A stretch of 64,000 bases of DNA, from the IMG/VR virus record IMGVR_UViG_3300050821_008578, positions 14,262 to 78,261 of that record; one strand, written 5' to 3'. Below, one piece after another: positions 17,704 to 28,118 of this stretch. The notes beneath the pieces are model-generated. The model was not told the DNA's origin, did no database searches, and saw nothing but the letters and a program-made list of their open reading frames with translations. Each line of letters starts with the position of its first letter. Position 1 is the first letter of the stretch. The translations under genes and the position numbers were made by a program. The stretch is from a virus.

Positions 17704-19404
17704 TTAAGATTCACATGAAGTACAATCATCAGCACTATTAAATCGACTACTACTATCACCTTTCAATACACTAGATGTTCTACAATAGTAAAGACTCTTC
17801 ACCCCAGTTTTCCAAGCTTCCATGTGCACCTTATGAAAATAAGTGGGGTCAACATTAGCTGGAAAGAATAAATTAAGACTTTGAGATTGATCAATCCATT
17901 TTTGTCTTTGAGCTGCTTGTCTAACTAGTGCAAATTGATTTATTTCAATAGCAGTAAGAAATACTTTTTTCTGGTGTTCATTTAGAAAATCTAATTGTTG
18001 AACACTACCTTCATTATTTACAATATCTTTCCATACTTCACTATTATCTTTACCTAATTTAATAAGAAGTTTTTTCAATGTTGGATTATAAATAATAAAT
18101 GTACCTTTAGCTGTTTTCATAGCAAATGCATTTGCAGGATTAGGCTCTATTCCTGGACTAACATTTCCTGAAATAACAGAATTAGTTGCTGTAGGAGCAA
18201 CTGCATTAAGATGAGAATTCCTTCTACCTGAACTCTTACACCATTCTGGTTCACCATATTCTTTAGCTAAATCTTCAGAACTTCTAATTGATTCTTTTTG
18301 AATATAAGAAAAAATATCTCTATTTAACATCATTCCTTCAAATGAATCAAATGGTATATTTAATTCTTGAAGAAGAGTATGCCAACCTAATACACCTAAT
18401 CCTAATGCCCTACTTTTTTCAGCAAAAGAAACTGCTCTCTCAAAACCAGCAATATTCTTAGCTTTTTCAATAAATTCACTCATTACTGCATCAAGAAACA
18501 TAATTGCATAATAAACACAATCTGTGTTTTTCCATTCTTCCCATCTAACTAAATTAAGACTAGATAGACAACAAACAAAAGTATTATAAATATCTGTATG
18601 TAAAACAATTTCACTACAAATATTTGATGTTTTCACAGATAAATTATTTTTAATATAACATTCTGGATTTGTTCTATTGACTGTATCAATAAATAATAGA
18701 TATGGTTCCCCAGTTTCTAATCTAGTTCTACAGATTTCTGTCCATATTTTTCTACTATATTCATCACCATTTTCTACATCTTGCATAAATTTATCATCAA
18801 CACAAACACCTTGATGAATATTTAAACATTGCCTATTAATATCACCATGAGCTCTTCTAATTGGTAGATATTCTTCTATATCACCATGTCTGACTGGTAA
18901 CCACAATGCACTAGCACCACGACGAGTTGATCCTTGAGATACTGATAATGTAGCAGTATCATAATTCTTAGCCCAAGGAATTATACCTTCACTTTTACCA
19001 TTTCCTCTAATACCGGTACCTCTACTACGAACATCACCTAAATAAACTCCTACACCACCACCATTTTTAGACAACATTGCTAATTCATGAACACCTTTAA
19101 ATATACCATCAACTGAATCTTCAATATGTTCTGAAAAACATGAAATTGGTAATGCTCTATCAGTACCTAAATTAGATGCAACTGGAGTTGCTAAACATAA
19201 CCAGTTATTCCATATTAAACTAAAAAATTTATCTTCTAATTGTGGTTTACGAAGATTTTTTGCGGCTGCCTGAGAAACCCTTTTATACATTCCTTTAGGA
19301 GTCTCATTAGGAAGTAGGTAACCTTCTAATAAGGTAGAAAGGCCTTGCTCCGTTAACCATTCTGGTGCTTCTCCAGACAGTTTTAGCTCTTCTAATTTGC
19401 TCAT
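17704..19404 (-). CDS. nrdA: Ribonucleotide reductase class I alpha subunit (no ATP cone)
   Basis: Motifs 'PISCF', 'GGGVG', 'TSNICSEI', 'AVAPTA', 'KSLYY' and a C-terminal CxxC. Confidence 0.97.
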   Translation of the reverse strand: MSKLEELKLSGEAPEWLTEQGLSTLLEGYLLPNETPKGMYKRVSQAAAKNLRKPQLEDKFFSLIWNNWLCLATPVASNLGTDRALPISCFSEHIEDSVDGIFKGVHELAMLSKNGGGVGVYLGDVRSRGTGIRGNGKSEGIIPWAKNYDTATLSVSQGSTRRGASALWLPVRHGDIEEYLPIRRAHGDINRQCLNIHQGVCVDDKFMQDVENGDEYSRKIWTEICRTRLETGEPYLLFIDTVNRTNPECYIKNNLSVKTSNICSEIVLHTDIYNTFVCCLSSLNLVRWEEWKNTDCVYYAIMFLDAVMSEFIEKAKNIAGFERAVSFAEKSRALGLGVLGWHTLLQELNIPFDSFEGMMLNRDIFSYIQKESIRSSEDLAKEYGEPEWCKSSGRRNSHLNAVAPTATNSVISGNVSPGIEPNPANAFAMKTAKGTFIIYNPTLKKLLIKLGKDNSEVWKDIVNNEGSVQQLDFLNEHQKKVFLTAIEINQFALVRQAAQRQKWIDQSQSLNLFFPANVDPTYFHKVHMEAWKTGVKSLYYCRTSSVLKGDSSSRFNSADDCTSCES

Positions 19405-20375
19405 TTTTTATCCTCATTATACATTGATGACCAATCAATATGTCCTTTAGAATAACCAGTAACTCTCTGAGCAAAAAAGTCCTGATGTTCAACCCCACCT
19501 GTTAATACATCAAACCAACTAGTAATTCTTTCTACTGCTTCTTTATCTAATTTTCTCCAATTAGATGGTAATCCTAAATCACCTAATTTAGTATTAGCTC
19601 TATGTCTAATAAATTTTTTCAAATCATTTGCTGATAATCCATCAATTTCTCCATGTTGAAAACACATATCAATAAAATTATCTTCCAAATCAATAGTATC
19701 TCTAGCAGCTTGAATAATTTCTTCTCTTAATTCTTCTGTATTAATTTCTGGGTATTCTGAAAGAAATGTACGATATATATAACACCCTGCTTCAGAATGC
19801 ATTGATTCATCTCTGACTGAAAAAGCGATAATTTGCCCAACACCTTTTAGTAAATTTCTTCTACTAAATGACATTAATACAGCAAAACTACTAAAAAGGT
19901 TAACACCTTCATTAAATGCTGAAAATATAGCTAAAGACTTAGCTATATCCATTTTTGATTTACCTTTAATATTTATTAATCTATCTATTTTAGCTTTTGC
20001 TTCTGGCTGCTGCAGAAATGCAGCAAAATCATCAAGACCTAATGATTCATTAAGATATGCATAAGATTTAGCATGAATTGATTCAAATGCTGCAAATGTA
20101 TGAGCCATCATTTGAATCTCAGGTTTCTTAAACCAGCGAGAAACTTTTACTGACCAATAATCTTCAATAAATAATTCTGTTTGAGTAAAACTCTTCAATA
20201 CTCCAGCTACTACTGATTTTTCAGTTTCTGTAAGTTTACTTTTCCAATCATTTATATCTGAAGATAATGCAATCTCAGTATGCAACCAATGAGCTTGGTG
20301 TTGTTTAAGCCAATATTCGTATGCCTTAGGATATTCAAAGGGAGAATAAATCTCCCTTTTGTCTAAAAGACCCAA
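19401..20375 (-). CDS. nrdB: Ribonucleotide reductase class I beta subunit
   Basis: Motifs 'ESIHAKSY', 'EGVNLFSSF', 'RDESMH' and 'DFFAQRVTGY'. Confidence 0.97.
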   Translation of the reverse strand: MGLLDKREIYSPFEYPKAYEYWLKQHQAHWLHTEIALSSDINDWKSKLTETEKSVVAGVLKSFTQTELFIEDYWSVKVSRWFKKPEIQMMAHTFAAFESIHAKSYAYLNESLGLDDFAAFLQQPEAKAKIDRLINIKGKSKMDIAKSLAIFSAFNEGVNLFSSFAVLMSFSRRNLLKGVGQIIAFSVRDESMHSEAGCYIYRTFLSEYPEINTEELREEIIQAARDTIDLEDNFIDMCFQHGEIDGLSANDLKKFIRHRANTKLGDLGLPSNWRKLDKEAVERITSWFDVLTGGVEHQDFFAQRVTGYSKGHIDWSSMYNEDKK

Positions 20376-20389
20376 TTTTGTACCTCAAA

Positions 20390-20686
20390 TCAATTTAGAA
20401 TCGAATTAATTTCTGGACAATTTGTATGATCACATACAAAAACTGATGAATTAAATCCTGGAAGATCTAAAGCAATTAGAAGTTGTAGTTTAGGAAATTT
20501 TGTAGTAAAATGACCATATAATTGAGGATCTAAAAATACTATATTATTTTTATTATAATAAACTGGTGAAGTAAAATTAAGTAGATCAGAAACATTTTTT
20601 AATTGTTCTTGCATATCTCCTTGTACTTCTTCTAATTCACGAGTTTCAATATCTAATAATGATTTTGCATTTTCTACTGTATCCAT
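20390..20686 (-). CDS. Hypothetical protein
   Basis: 98 aa ORF coupled to the upstream gene. Confidence 0.6.
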   Translation of the reverse strand: MDTVENAKSLLDIETRELEEVQGDMQEQLKNVSDLLNFTSPVYYNKNNIVFLDPQLYGHFTTKFPKLQLLIALDLPGFNSSVFVCDHTNCPEINSILN

Positions 20687-21783
20687 TATTTCTCCTTATT
20701 CATAACCCAACTTGGTGGGGTAAATTTATTACAAATTACAGCACTTGCTAGATCACCACTTAAATGTGGCAATGGTCTATGACTAACTTCTTCTAGTTTT
20801 TCATCTATATAACATTGCAATAAATATGCATAATCATATAATTGATTATTTTGAGTTGGTACACCATATTGTTTAAAAATTGAATTTACTGTATAATTTA
20901 AATTACCATTAATTTGTTCACATAAATGATAATATAATTCATGAAAAAAGTTTTGCATTTCTACTTGATTATTAATATGACCTAAAGTAATAGGTAATAC
21001 TTCATTATTAACTGATCTTTGTTTATTCATTTCTTTATTTTTAACTATTTCTTTACCTTGTTTAGAAGTTTCCTCATATAAATGCAAAGAAATAATATTA
21101 TTAGAAAAATAACCTAGTGTTAAATTTTTAAATACATCTGAATCTTGGTTTTTCAATAATGAAAGCACACATTCTTGTAGAAATGTCCACTCAGGAATAT
21201 TAATTCCTGACATACCAAATAAACAATCATTACTACGAACAGTAACCTTCATATTTAATTTGTTATCTCTCACCCAAAAATAAATAAAATTATTGCATGG
21301 AATATCTTTACTTTGATCAAGACCATATTTATCTTTAAGTGCAGTATGTGTATCTTGTTCTGCACTCCAAATATTCATAACTGCTCTACGGGTATTTGGA
21401 CCATCCTGTTTAAAAATATCTAAAACATTTTGAATTTGATTATAGAAATATAATCTGGGGCCATAGGCACCACGCCATGTTTTTCCGTCATCACTATAAT
21501 TCTTGGCTCTAGGAAGAAGAAAATTCATCAATGGTTCTAATTTATTCTCTCCAGCCATAATCCAAAATATTTCACCAATAGTTGCATAAATATTATTAGT
21601 TCTTCCTTCTAAATATAAATGCCTGGCTTTAGGATTAGTAAGAACTACTTCTTGATCGCACAATTCAAAAGTTTCTCCATTTCTTGAATCAACCTTATTA
21701 CCTTTAGTTAATAATGTTTCACACACATCAAAAGTTAATTCATTCAATGAATTACCAGAAATAATATCTTTTTTTAAAATCAT
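20686..21783 (-). CDS. Thymidylate-synthase-fold enzyme, probable dUMP hydroxymethylase
   Basis: Motifs 'YSDDG..WRGAYGPR', 'DIPCN' and 'RSND..FG.SGIN'. Asn at the specificity position points to dUMP rather than dCMP. Confidence 0.85.
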   Translation of the reverse strand: MILKKDIISGNSLNELTFDVCETLLTKGNKVDSRNGETFELCDQEVVLTNPKARHLYLEGRTNNIYATIGEIFWIMAGENKLEPLMNFLLPRAKNYSDDGKTWRGAYGPRLYFYNQIQNVLDIFKQDGPNTRRAVMNIWSAEQDTHTALKDKYGLDQSKDIPCNNFIYFWVRDNKLNMKVTVRSNDCLFGMSGINIPEWTFLQECVLSLLKNQDSDVFKNLTLGYFSNNIISLHLYEETSKQGKEIVKNKEMNKQRSVNNEVLPITLGHINNQVEMQNFFHELYYHLCEQINGNLNYTVNSIFKQYGVPTQNNQLYDYAYLLQCYIDEKLEEVSHRPLPHLSGDLASAVICNKFTPPSWVMNKEK

Positions 21784-22397
21784 TAAACACCTTTTTCTAT
21801 TAGTTCAAGAATAGCTTTAGTAATTACTTCTTTTGATTGATCTCCAACTGGAAGATAATAAATACTCTCTTCTGGAGTAAATACAAAATCATTACCAGTT
21901 GATAAATAATCAAAAAATGAAAAATAGTGAGCCTTCAATTCTTTCCATTTAAATGTTTTTTCAAATTCATCTGTTGGGTCATTAATATATTTAATATCTT
22001 TATCTAAGAAAATAATAATAATATCAAAATTATCTTTAATAACTTTTGAATAAGTTTCTTTATGAATTTTAAATAGTAAATTATTTTGATCATCTGTTAA
22101 TGATGATGTTTTACCATAAACATAAGTAGAAATATGACACCTATCCATAACAATATCTCTATCAGAATCAAATTCAGTAAATATATCTACAATATGAGAT
22201 ACAGTATGTAATAATTGTCTAGAAAATGGGTCATATGATGGATTATTTTTAACTTCATCTCTCAAAAACCCAACTGAATTAGTAGGACTGGGTTGAATGA
22301 TTAATTTAGCATTAAAATGATTGGCTAGAATTTTTGTTTGTACAGATTTTCCTACACTATCCGGTCCTTCTAGAACAATTAATTTACGTTTTGCCAT
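21783..22397 (-). CDS. tmk: Thymidylate kinase-like dNMP kinase
   Basis: Motifs 'IVLEGPDSVGKS' and 'VMDRCHISTYVY'. Confidence 0.85.
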   Translation of the reverse strand: MAKRKLIVLEGPDSVGKSVQTKILANHFNAKLIIQPSPTNSVGFLRDEVKNNPSYDPFSRQLLHTVSHIVDIFTEFDSDRDIVMDRCHISTYVYGKTSSLTDDQNNLLFKIHKETYSKVIKDNFDIIIIFLDKDIKYINDPTDEFEKTFKWKELKAHYFSFFDYLSTGNDFVFTPEESIYYLPVGDQSKEVITKAILELIEKGV

Positions 22398-22479
22398 TTA
22401 TTCTCTCTAATTATTTTATTAATAATATTGGTGGTGTTATTTTTATTTAAAATAACGTTAATTATATAATTTAGATATC

Positions 22480-22809
22480 TTATTTTGGAAGGATAAGTCC
22501 TGATGGTGCTTTAATAATTCCACTTTTTACAGCTTTATAATCTTGAACCATATCTTTATAACCATTAGCTAACATTGGTGTTATTTGTAATTCACAAAGA
22601 ATAGCATTTCTATTTATATCAATAAAATTTTGTTGTTGTGATAATATATTAAATGGTATAAAAGTTAATGTTGGCCTTCCACCAGGATGTGTTGGTGGTT
22701 GTACTTGAGGTATCATTGGCACAATCCAAGCAATTTTATCATCTTGTACCATTTCTTCAGTAATTATATCAATTCCAGACACTAATTTATAATGTTTTAT
22801 ATTATCCAT
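22480..22809 (-). CDS. Hypothetical protein (small beta-rich phage protein)
   Basis: Probable start MDNIKHYKLVSGIDII, coupled to the upstream stop. Confidence 0.55.
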   Translation of the reverse strand: MDNIKHYKLVSGIDIITEEMVQDDKIAWIVPMIPQVQPPTHPGGRPTLTFIPFNILSQQQNFIDINRNAILCELQITPMLANGYKDMVQDYKAVKSGIIKAPSGLILPK

Positions 22810-23701
22810 AAAAATACCGGTTCTTTCCTTTTCCATTTGATAAGTTATAATGTTTTCGAAATTCACACAAACATGACTGAATATCCATAAATGATAGATA
22901 ATCAGAATTAAAATAAGAATTTTTATAATTTATTTCCAACCAATTTTTGTTTTCTTGTTCTTCTAAATGTTCAAATATTTCTGATTGAATAGAAGCTAAA
23001 TATTTAATTAAATCTTCTGCATTATTTTTATTAACAATATCTTTAAAAATAATCTCTAAACCAGCATAAGCACCTGGTCCGCAAGTAACCCAATCATTAT
23101 TTCCAAATTTAGAAATTTTAGCATATCCTAAATCTAACATTATTTGCCCAGCAATAAATGGACCAACTAATGGAATTTCTCTAAGTTTTAATATTTGTTC
23201 TTCTGGTGTTTGTTTTGATTTAAAATCTTCTAAAAATAGATGGACTCTTTCAGCCAACCAATCCAACATATATAGAACTTGAACATGTTTTCTATTACTT
23301 AGTTCTTTATTCCATATTGCTGGAAGAATAAGATATGCATCATTCCAGATAGATGGTTTTACTTTAGATTTTTCGTCTAATTCTTTAACTAAAGATTCAA
23401 CATTAAAATTATGCGGTATTAGTATATAATTAAATACTCTTCCATCAAATGTTTGATCTAAATTAAAGAATCTATAAGCCACTATATTAAGAAATTTGAT
23501 AGTATCATTAAGATCAGTATTAATTATTTTTTTAATTATATATTTTGAACCTCTATCTAATTCTCTATATACATTACAAGATTTAAATTTTTGAAATATA
23601 GGATCAGTGGTCCAAGGTTTTGGTTCTTTAAGAACTTCTTTTTTATGATAAATCAAATGTCTATCATAGATAAATTCAAAAAAAGATAATTTATCAATCA
23701 T
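22802..23701 (-). CDS. aGPT-Pplase clade 1 / 5-hmdU DNA kinase helical-domain protein
   Basis: Motifs 'R..IY.KK....PKPWTTDPIF..FKSCNVYRELDRGS', HhH-like 'IPLVGPFIAGQI..DL' and 'DIQSCLCEFRK'. Confidence 0.88.
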   Translation of the reverse strand: MIDKLSFFEFIYDRHLIYHKKEVLKEPKPWTTDPIFQKFKSCNVYRELDRGSKYIIKKIINTDLNDTIKFLNIVAYRFFNLDQTFDGRVFNYILIPHNFNVESLVKELDEKSKVKPSIWNDAYLILPAIWNKELSNRKHVQVLYMLDWLAERVHLFLEDFKSKQTPEEQILKLREIPLVGPFIAGQIMLDLGYAKISKFGNNDWVTCGPGAYAGLEIIFKDIVNKNNAEDLIKYLASIQSEIFEHLEEQENKNWLEINYKNSYFNSDYLSFMDIQSCLCEFRKHYNLSNGKGKNRYFYG

Positions 23702-25545
23702 TGTATATTTTTATTATTTAAAATATCATTAAATTCTTGTTCATTTACTACTTTAATACCCAACTTTTCTGCAGCTTTGGATTTAGATGACTTTTTATCA
23801 GAATTACAAACTAGATATTTAACATCTTTAGATATTGCACTTACCACTAAAATCCTTTTTGATATCATAGTTTTAACCCAATCATCCCTCTTTACTGATA
23901 AACTACCTGTAACAACCACTTTGAATTTATAAGTAGATTCTTCTACTATGGTAGGAATAAGTTTAAACATTTTAGATATACGCATCCAATGATTCTGATT
24001 TAATGCCAAAGAATCAACAACATTCTTACTCACTTTACTTTCTTCAATTTGAAGCATTGAAATAGTAGTTGGGTTATATTTACCCAATTTATTAGCATTG
24101 GCTTCACTAAGACCTGGGATATTAATCATAAACCAAAACTCCTTGTAAAATAGACCATTTTCTAATTTAATTTCAATATTTTTCTCAACTTGATGAAGTA
24201 ATTTACCTCTGTGATCACCAAACTTATTTATTAAAACATTTAATCTACCTGAATTTGATTTAGGCCCAGATTGTTTAAATAATGGAATAAAATTATCTAT
24301 GTCTTGAATATCAGAAAAATCTTCATTAACTGGAAATTGGTCAAGCCAATCATTTAATATAGAACTAGCAACCCCATCAGGTTGTCCTGCAAAATACACT
24401 AAATTAAAAATAGGTGTTCTTGATTTAGCATTACATTGAATATTTGGACAATTAAGATAAGAACCTTTCCATTCAGTTGGTGTTTGACAACTAGGACATT
24501 TATCAGGCACTTCTCCTGATACTCCTTTAATAACTGATTTAATATAAGGAATTACTTCTCCTGAACGAGTAATTTCAACAATAGCACCTTTACCAATATT
24601 ATTTTTTACTACATAATCACCATTATGTGCAGTAGCAGCAGAAAGCATAGCTCCTGATAATTCAACTGGATCATAAACAATCAAAGGGGTTATATGGCCT
24701 TTAATTCCTGTATTCCATTCAACATCTTTAACTACCACCTGTTTAGTTTCAGATTCAAATTTATACGCAACAGAAATTTCTTTATTATCAATAATTTTAT
24801 TTTCTGTAATTACTATACCATCAGTTAAATATTCAGAATTTAATCTCCATTTATTTAAATCAGCCTCTGTAACATTATTTAAATTAATAAATACATCTGC
24901 CGTTTCTAAATTTTGACTTTTAATAAATTCTAATACTTGAATTTTGGAATCAATACGACAAAATCCACCCAATACTGAATAAAAAACAGCACTAAAATCC
25001 TTTACTATTTCAGTATCTTCTAGTGAATTTAATACACCTGATACCATATTTCTAGAATTTGAATATTCTTTAGAATATTTTTCTTCAAATGTTTTAGTTT
25101 TTATTAAAGCTTCACATCTAAAACAAACTTGACCAGTCCATGGAATATTAGTGGGAACAAATTTAGATACGTGTTGTGAAACATCTATTCCTACTTTACC
25201 ATTTCCTCTAGTCAATGCTCTTTTAAAAGAACCATTTATATATTCAACAGTAATTGATGAACCATCATATTTTTTAGTTATTACTGGATTTTCAATATCA
25301 CCGACTGAATCAACTTTTTCTAATGAACCAACTAATCCAAATTTATGAGGGTATTTTCTACCTTCAATTTTCCAGTCTTCAAATGCACCAAATCCAGGTT
25401 GAGAAAGAATAGGGTTACTTGGATCTAAAGATTTTAATTCTTTAATCCAATAGTCAAATTGATCATCAGTAGTTACTGAGTTACCTTGATAATAAGATTT
25501 TGATAAATCTTTAATAATGTTAACTAATTCTTCTACTTTATTCAT
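23698..25545 (-). CDS. ligA: NAD-dependent DNA ligase
   Basis: KxDG motif (KYDG), 'LTRGNG', 'RSGEVIP', Zn finger and C-terminal BRCT. Confidence 0.95.
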   Translation of the reverse strand: MNKVEELVNIIKDLSKSYYQGNSVTTDDQFDYWIKELKSLDPSNPILSQPGFGAFEDWKIEGRKYPHKFGLVGSLEKVDSVGDIENPVITKKYDGSSITVEYINGSFKRALTRGNGKVGIDVSQHVSKFVPTNIPWTGQVCFRCEALIKTKTFEEKYSKEYSNSRNMVSGVLNSLEDTEIVKDFSAVFYSVLGGFCRIDSKIQVLEFIKSQNLETADVFINLNNVTEADLNKWRLNSEYLTDGIVITENKIIDNKEISVAYKFESETKQVVVKDVEWNTGIKGHITPLIVYDPVELSGAMLSAATAHNGDYVVKNNIGKGAIVEITRSGEVIPYIKSVIKGVSGEVPDKCPSCQTPTEWKGSYLNCPNIQCNAKSRTPIFNLVYFAGQPDGVASSILNDWLDQFPVNEDFSDIQDIDNFIPLFKQSGPKSNSGRLNVLINKFGDHRGKLLHQVEKNIEIKLENGLFYKEFWFMINIPGLSEANANKLGKYNPTTISMLQIEESKVSKNVVDSLALNQNHWMRISKMFKLIPTIVEESTYKFKVVVTGSLSVKRDDWVKTMISKRILVVSAISKDVKYLVCNSDKKSSKSKAAEKLGIKVVNEQEFNDILNNKNIQ

Positions 25546-25650
25546 TAATTAAATTTCTTTCATTATAAATTCAATATTATAGCCTCTATTAGTATACCAT
25601 AATATTACTTCATTACTTTCTTCTAAACTTAAATATATTATATTATTCAT

Positions 25651-25983
25651 TTAATTTAATCCATCCCAAAAAGTATGGAAAACCTCCAAATTAGTTTTTC
25701 CTGATAACTTATCATGTTCTTTATCAAAGAATTCTTTCACTACTTTAGCTAATTCACCTTTTAAATAATCACCTTTTTTATAAGGATACTTCTTTGATGA
25801 TTTAATTATTTCTAAAACTTTAAAATCTTTTATTTGAACAGCCAAATTTAATTCATCACCAATATTTAAATGAAAAGATGGATTTTTAAGAGGTTCATGG
25901 TAGACATGAAAAGAAACACCTTTATATCTACCAAGTGTAGCCATTTCATTTAATTTTTTTAATAAATTTTTGGCTCTATTCAT
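25651..25983 (-). CDS. Hypothetical protein (DUF4160-like)
   Basis: 'HEPLKNPSFHL' motif follows 'LNEMA'. Confidence 0.4.
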   Translation of the reverse strand: MNRAKNLLKKLNEMATLGRYKGVSFHVYHEPLKNPSFHLNIGDELNLAVQIKDFKVLEIIKSSKKYPYKKGDYLKGELAKVVKEFFDKEHDKLSGKTNLEVFHTFWDGLN

Positions 25984-26216
25984 TAATCACCTTTTAGATT
26001 TGTAATTTTATCTTTCATAACTACTTCAAATGAACCTTCTGGTTGAATATTTTCAAGAGAAAATTCATATGCCATTTCATTTAATTCTGATTCTGTCATA
26101 TCTTTATGCAATTCAACTTCTTCTTCTGAATCACAACCAGAATAATTACATGTTGAATACAACACTACTGTTGTTCCTTTGGGATATACTTTTTCTTTTC
26201 TTTCTACTTTATTCAT
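25983..26216 (-). CDS. Small acidic hypothetical protein
   Basis: ATG at 26216 follows GGAGGT, directly downstream of promoter copy 2. Confidence 0.65.
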   Translation of the reverse strand: MNKVERKEKVYPKGTTVVLYSTCNYSGCDSEEEVELHKDMTESELNEMAYEFSLENIQPEGSFEVVMKDKITNLKGD

Positions 26217-26232
26217 CTCTACCTCCAACTAT

Positions 26233-26268
26233 CTTATCGGAACATTTTTCTAAAACAAAAGGGTTTTA
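26233..26268 (-). promoter_or_regulatory. Conserved phage promoter, copy 2
   Basis: Identical 36-mer. Confidence 0.85.
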
Positions 26269-26280
26269 GGAAAAATAGAT

Positions 26281-27093
26281 TTATTTAATACTTTCATAAA
26301 ATTGCTCACAAGCTTCATTATTAAAAGGAATAAATTTACTCATTTCTAGATTATTATTTATAATTCCTTCTACCAAAGATAGATCTTGAGTTTGACCATT
26401 TATTCTCAAATTAGAATTATTATTACAATAACTTACAAATTTATCTGCTAGTTCACCCAATCCTAAAAATTTGAGATAATTATATCCAAATACATATACT
26501 GGGTCATCGAATTTCTGAGTATGTACTTCACATTTATTTAAAGTTGGTGATTTTAACTCTTTAGATAAATTTTTATTATATTGATAGTTATTCTTAGTTG
26601 CTGTTTCTGTACCCCAGCATGTACCTTTAATTATCTTACCACCATTACGATTAAAGCATCTATCAATCATTGATTCTCTTTTATCATAAAAGAAATATTG
26701 ATAGAAAACATTATTATACCCAAATTTATTATGTATTGAATCTAGATTATATACTGGGCTAAGAGTTAATGGGTATCCTTCACAAATAAAATTCTTATTA
26801 CTAAATTTTTTAATTAACCAATAAACAAACCAAGCACCAAATCCTGTATTTAAATAATCTAGACCTGTCCAACTATGTAATTTACTTGCTCTACCCAATG
26901 CATATTTACCAGTTATAAATATATTTAGATCTGGAAATTCAATAGCAATGGGACATTTCTTATTTTTAAATTCAGTATGATAAATTTGATAATTATAATT
27001 TTTACTTAATAAGAATCTTAATAGCTGTTCAACTCTAGTACCTTTACCTGAACCTGAAATACCTTTAAGTTGTGCATATGAAGAAGTAATCAT
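26281..27093 (-). CDS. P-loop kinase, probable 5-hmdU DNA kinase
   Basis: Motifs 'LKGISGSGKGT', 'GKY.....WTGLD' and 'ICEG'; adjacent to the AADT gene. Confidence 0.78.
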   Translation of the reverse strand: MITSSYAQLKGISGSGKGTRVEQLLRFLLSKNYNYQIYHTEFKNKKCPIAIEFPDLNIFITGKYALGRASKLHSWTGLDYLNTGFGAWFVYWLIKKFSNKNFICEGYPLTLSPVYNLDSIHNKFGYNNVFYQYFFYDKRESMIDRCFNRNGGKIIKGTCWGTETATKNNYQYNKNLSKELKSPTLNKCEVHTQKFDDPVYVFGYNYLKFLGLGELADKFVSYCNNNSNLRINGQTQDLSLVEGIINNNLEMSKFIPFNNEACEQFYESIK

Positions 27094-27095
27094 TT

Positions 27096-28118
27096 TTATA
27101 TTTCCAAATCTTTATATTGATTAAGTTCAGGTAATGTTCCTGTATCCAAAAATATATTCATTCTTGATTTATCTATTTTCTCGTTTACTATAGTATTACC
27201 ATTAGGAACACATTCTTTCATCCAGTCATAAATAATATTAAAATCTACCCCATAAAAATATGTTTTAGATTTATCAATATCCTCTAACAGTCTTGCCAAA
27301 TAATAACCAAGATAACGTCCATCTTTACGTCTAAATAATTTTTTAAATGAACATAAAGCAGTTTCAACATAGAAATAATCTACTTTAACATCTGGAAATC
27401 TTAGTTTAATCTCATTTATAATAGAATCAGTTTCATAATCAAACCATTTTATCATAGCTGAAGTATATTTAACTGATTGTTTTACTTTTTTAGTTCCATT
27501 ATCTATATAAATTCTAGATGCTAATTCTGGTTTATCAAGAATATAACATAATCCATCAGTAGGACTTTGAGTATTCATGCCAAATTGTATTGAAGTTGGT
27601 TCAATATTTAACCCACAACAGTATTTAAGATGTTGCATATAAAAGAATAAAACATATCTACCAAAATATCTAATATTACTTAATTCAGATTTAAGTTTAT
27701 TATAATTTACTTTAGGATCATCACTATTACAAATATCTTTGAAATATTGTTCTTGTGTTCTACCAGCTAATAGATCTTTATAACTAGAAATAATTAAATC
27801 TAATTTACCACGATTCCATTTTACATCCGATTGATGATGAATCTGTTTGTAATTGTTTCTATTCCAAACTTTAATATCTTCTAAATCAATATTTTCAAGA
27901 TCTGGAATATAATTGAATATAGCATAAGCTGAAGCGGCATCATAAGTAATACCATAAAGAAGACAGAAATAATATCGCTGTTCTAAATTATATTCTTGTC
28001 TTTCAAATAAATAATTAGTAACAGGAATAGCAGTATCTATATCATTATTCCTATACTGCCATACATAATATTTTATAAATGCTTCTCTACGATTCTCAGG
28101 TAGGCGAAAATCCATCAT
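27096..28118 (-). CDS. Amino acid:DNA transferase (aGPT-Pplase clade 2)
   Basis: Motifs 'DFRLPENRREAF', 'EQRYYFCLLYGITY', 'FGRY..FFY' and 'ETALCSFKK.....RYLGYY'. Confidence 0.88.
   Translation of the reverse strand: MMDFRLPENRREAFIKYYVWQYRNNDIDTAIPVTNYLFERQEYNLEQRYYFCLLYGITYDAASAYAIFNYIPDLENIDLEDIKVWNRNNYKQIHHQSDVKWNRGKLDLIISSYKDLLAGRTQEQYFKDICNSDDPKVNYNKLKSELSNIRYFGRYVLFFYMQHLKYCCGLNIEPTSIQFGMNTQSPTDGLCYILDKPELASRIYIDNGTKKVKQSVKYTSAMIKWFDYETDSIINEIKLRFPDVKVDYFYVETALCSFKKLFRRKDGRYLGYYLARLLEDIDKSKTYFYGVDFNIIYDWMKECVPNGNTIVNEKIDKSRMNIFLDTGTLPELNQYKDLEI

Noticed and set aside
17704-20375. Introns or inteins in nrdA/nrdB
   Set aside because: Both frames are continuous and of normal length.
20686-21783. 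dCMP hydroxymethylase or ordinary ThyA
   Set aside because: Asn at the specificity position argues against dCMP. The DIPCN and RSND motifs and the hmU-pathway neighbours argue against canonical ThyA.
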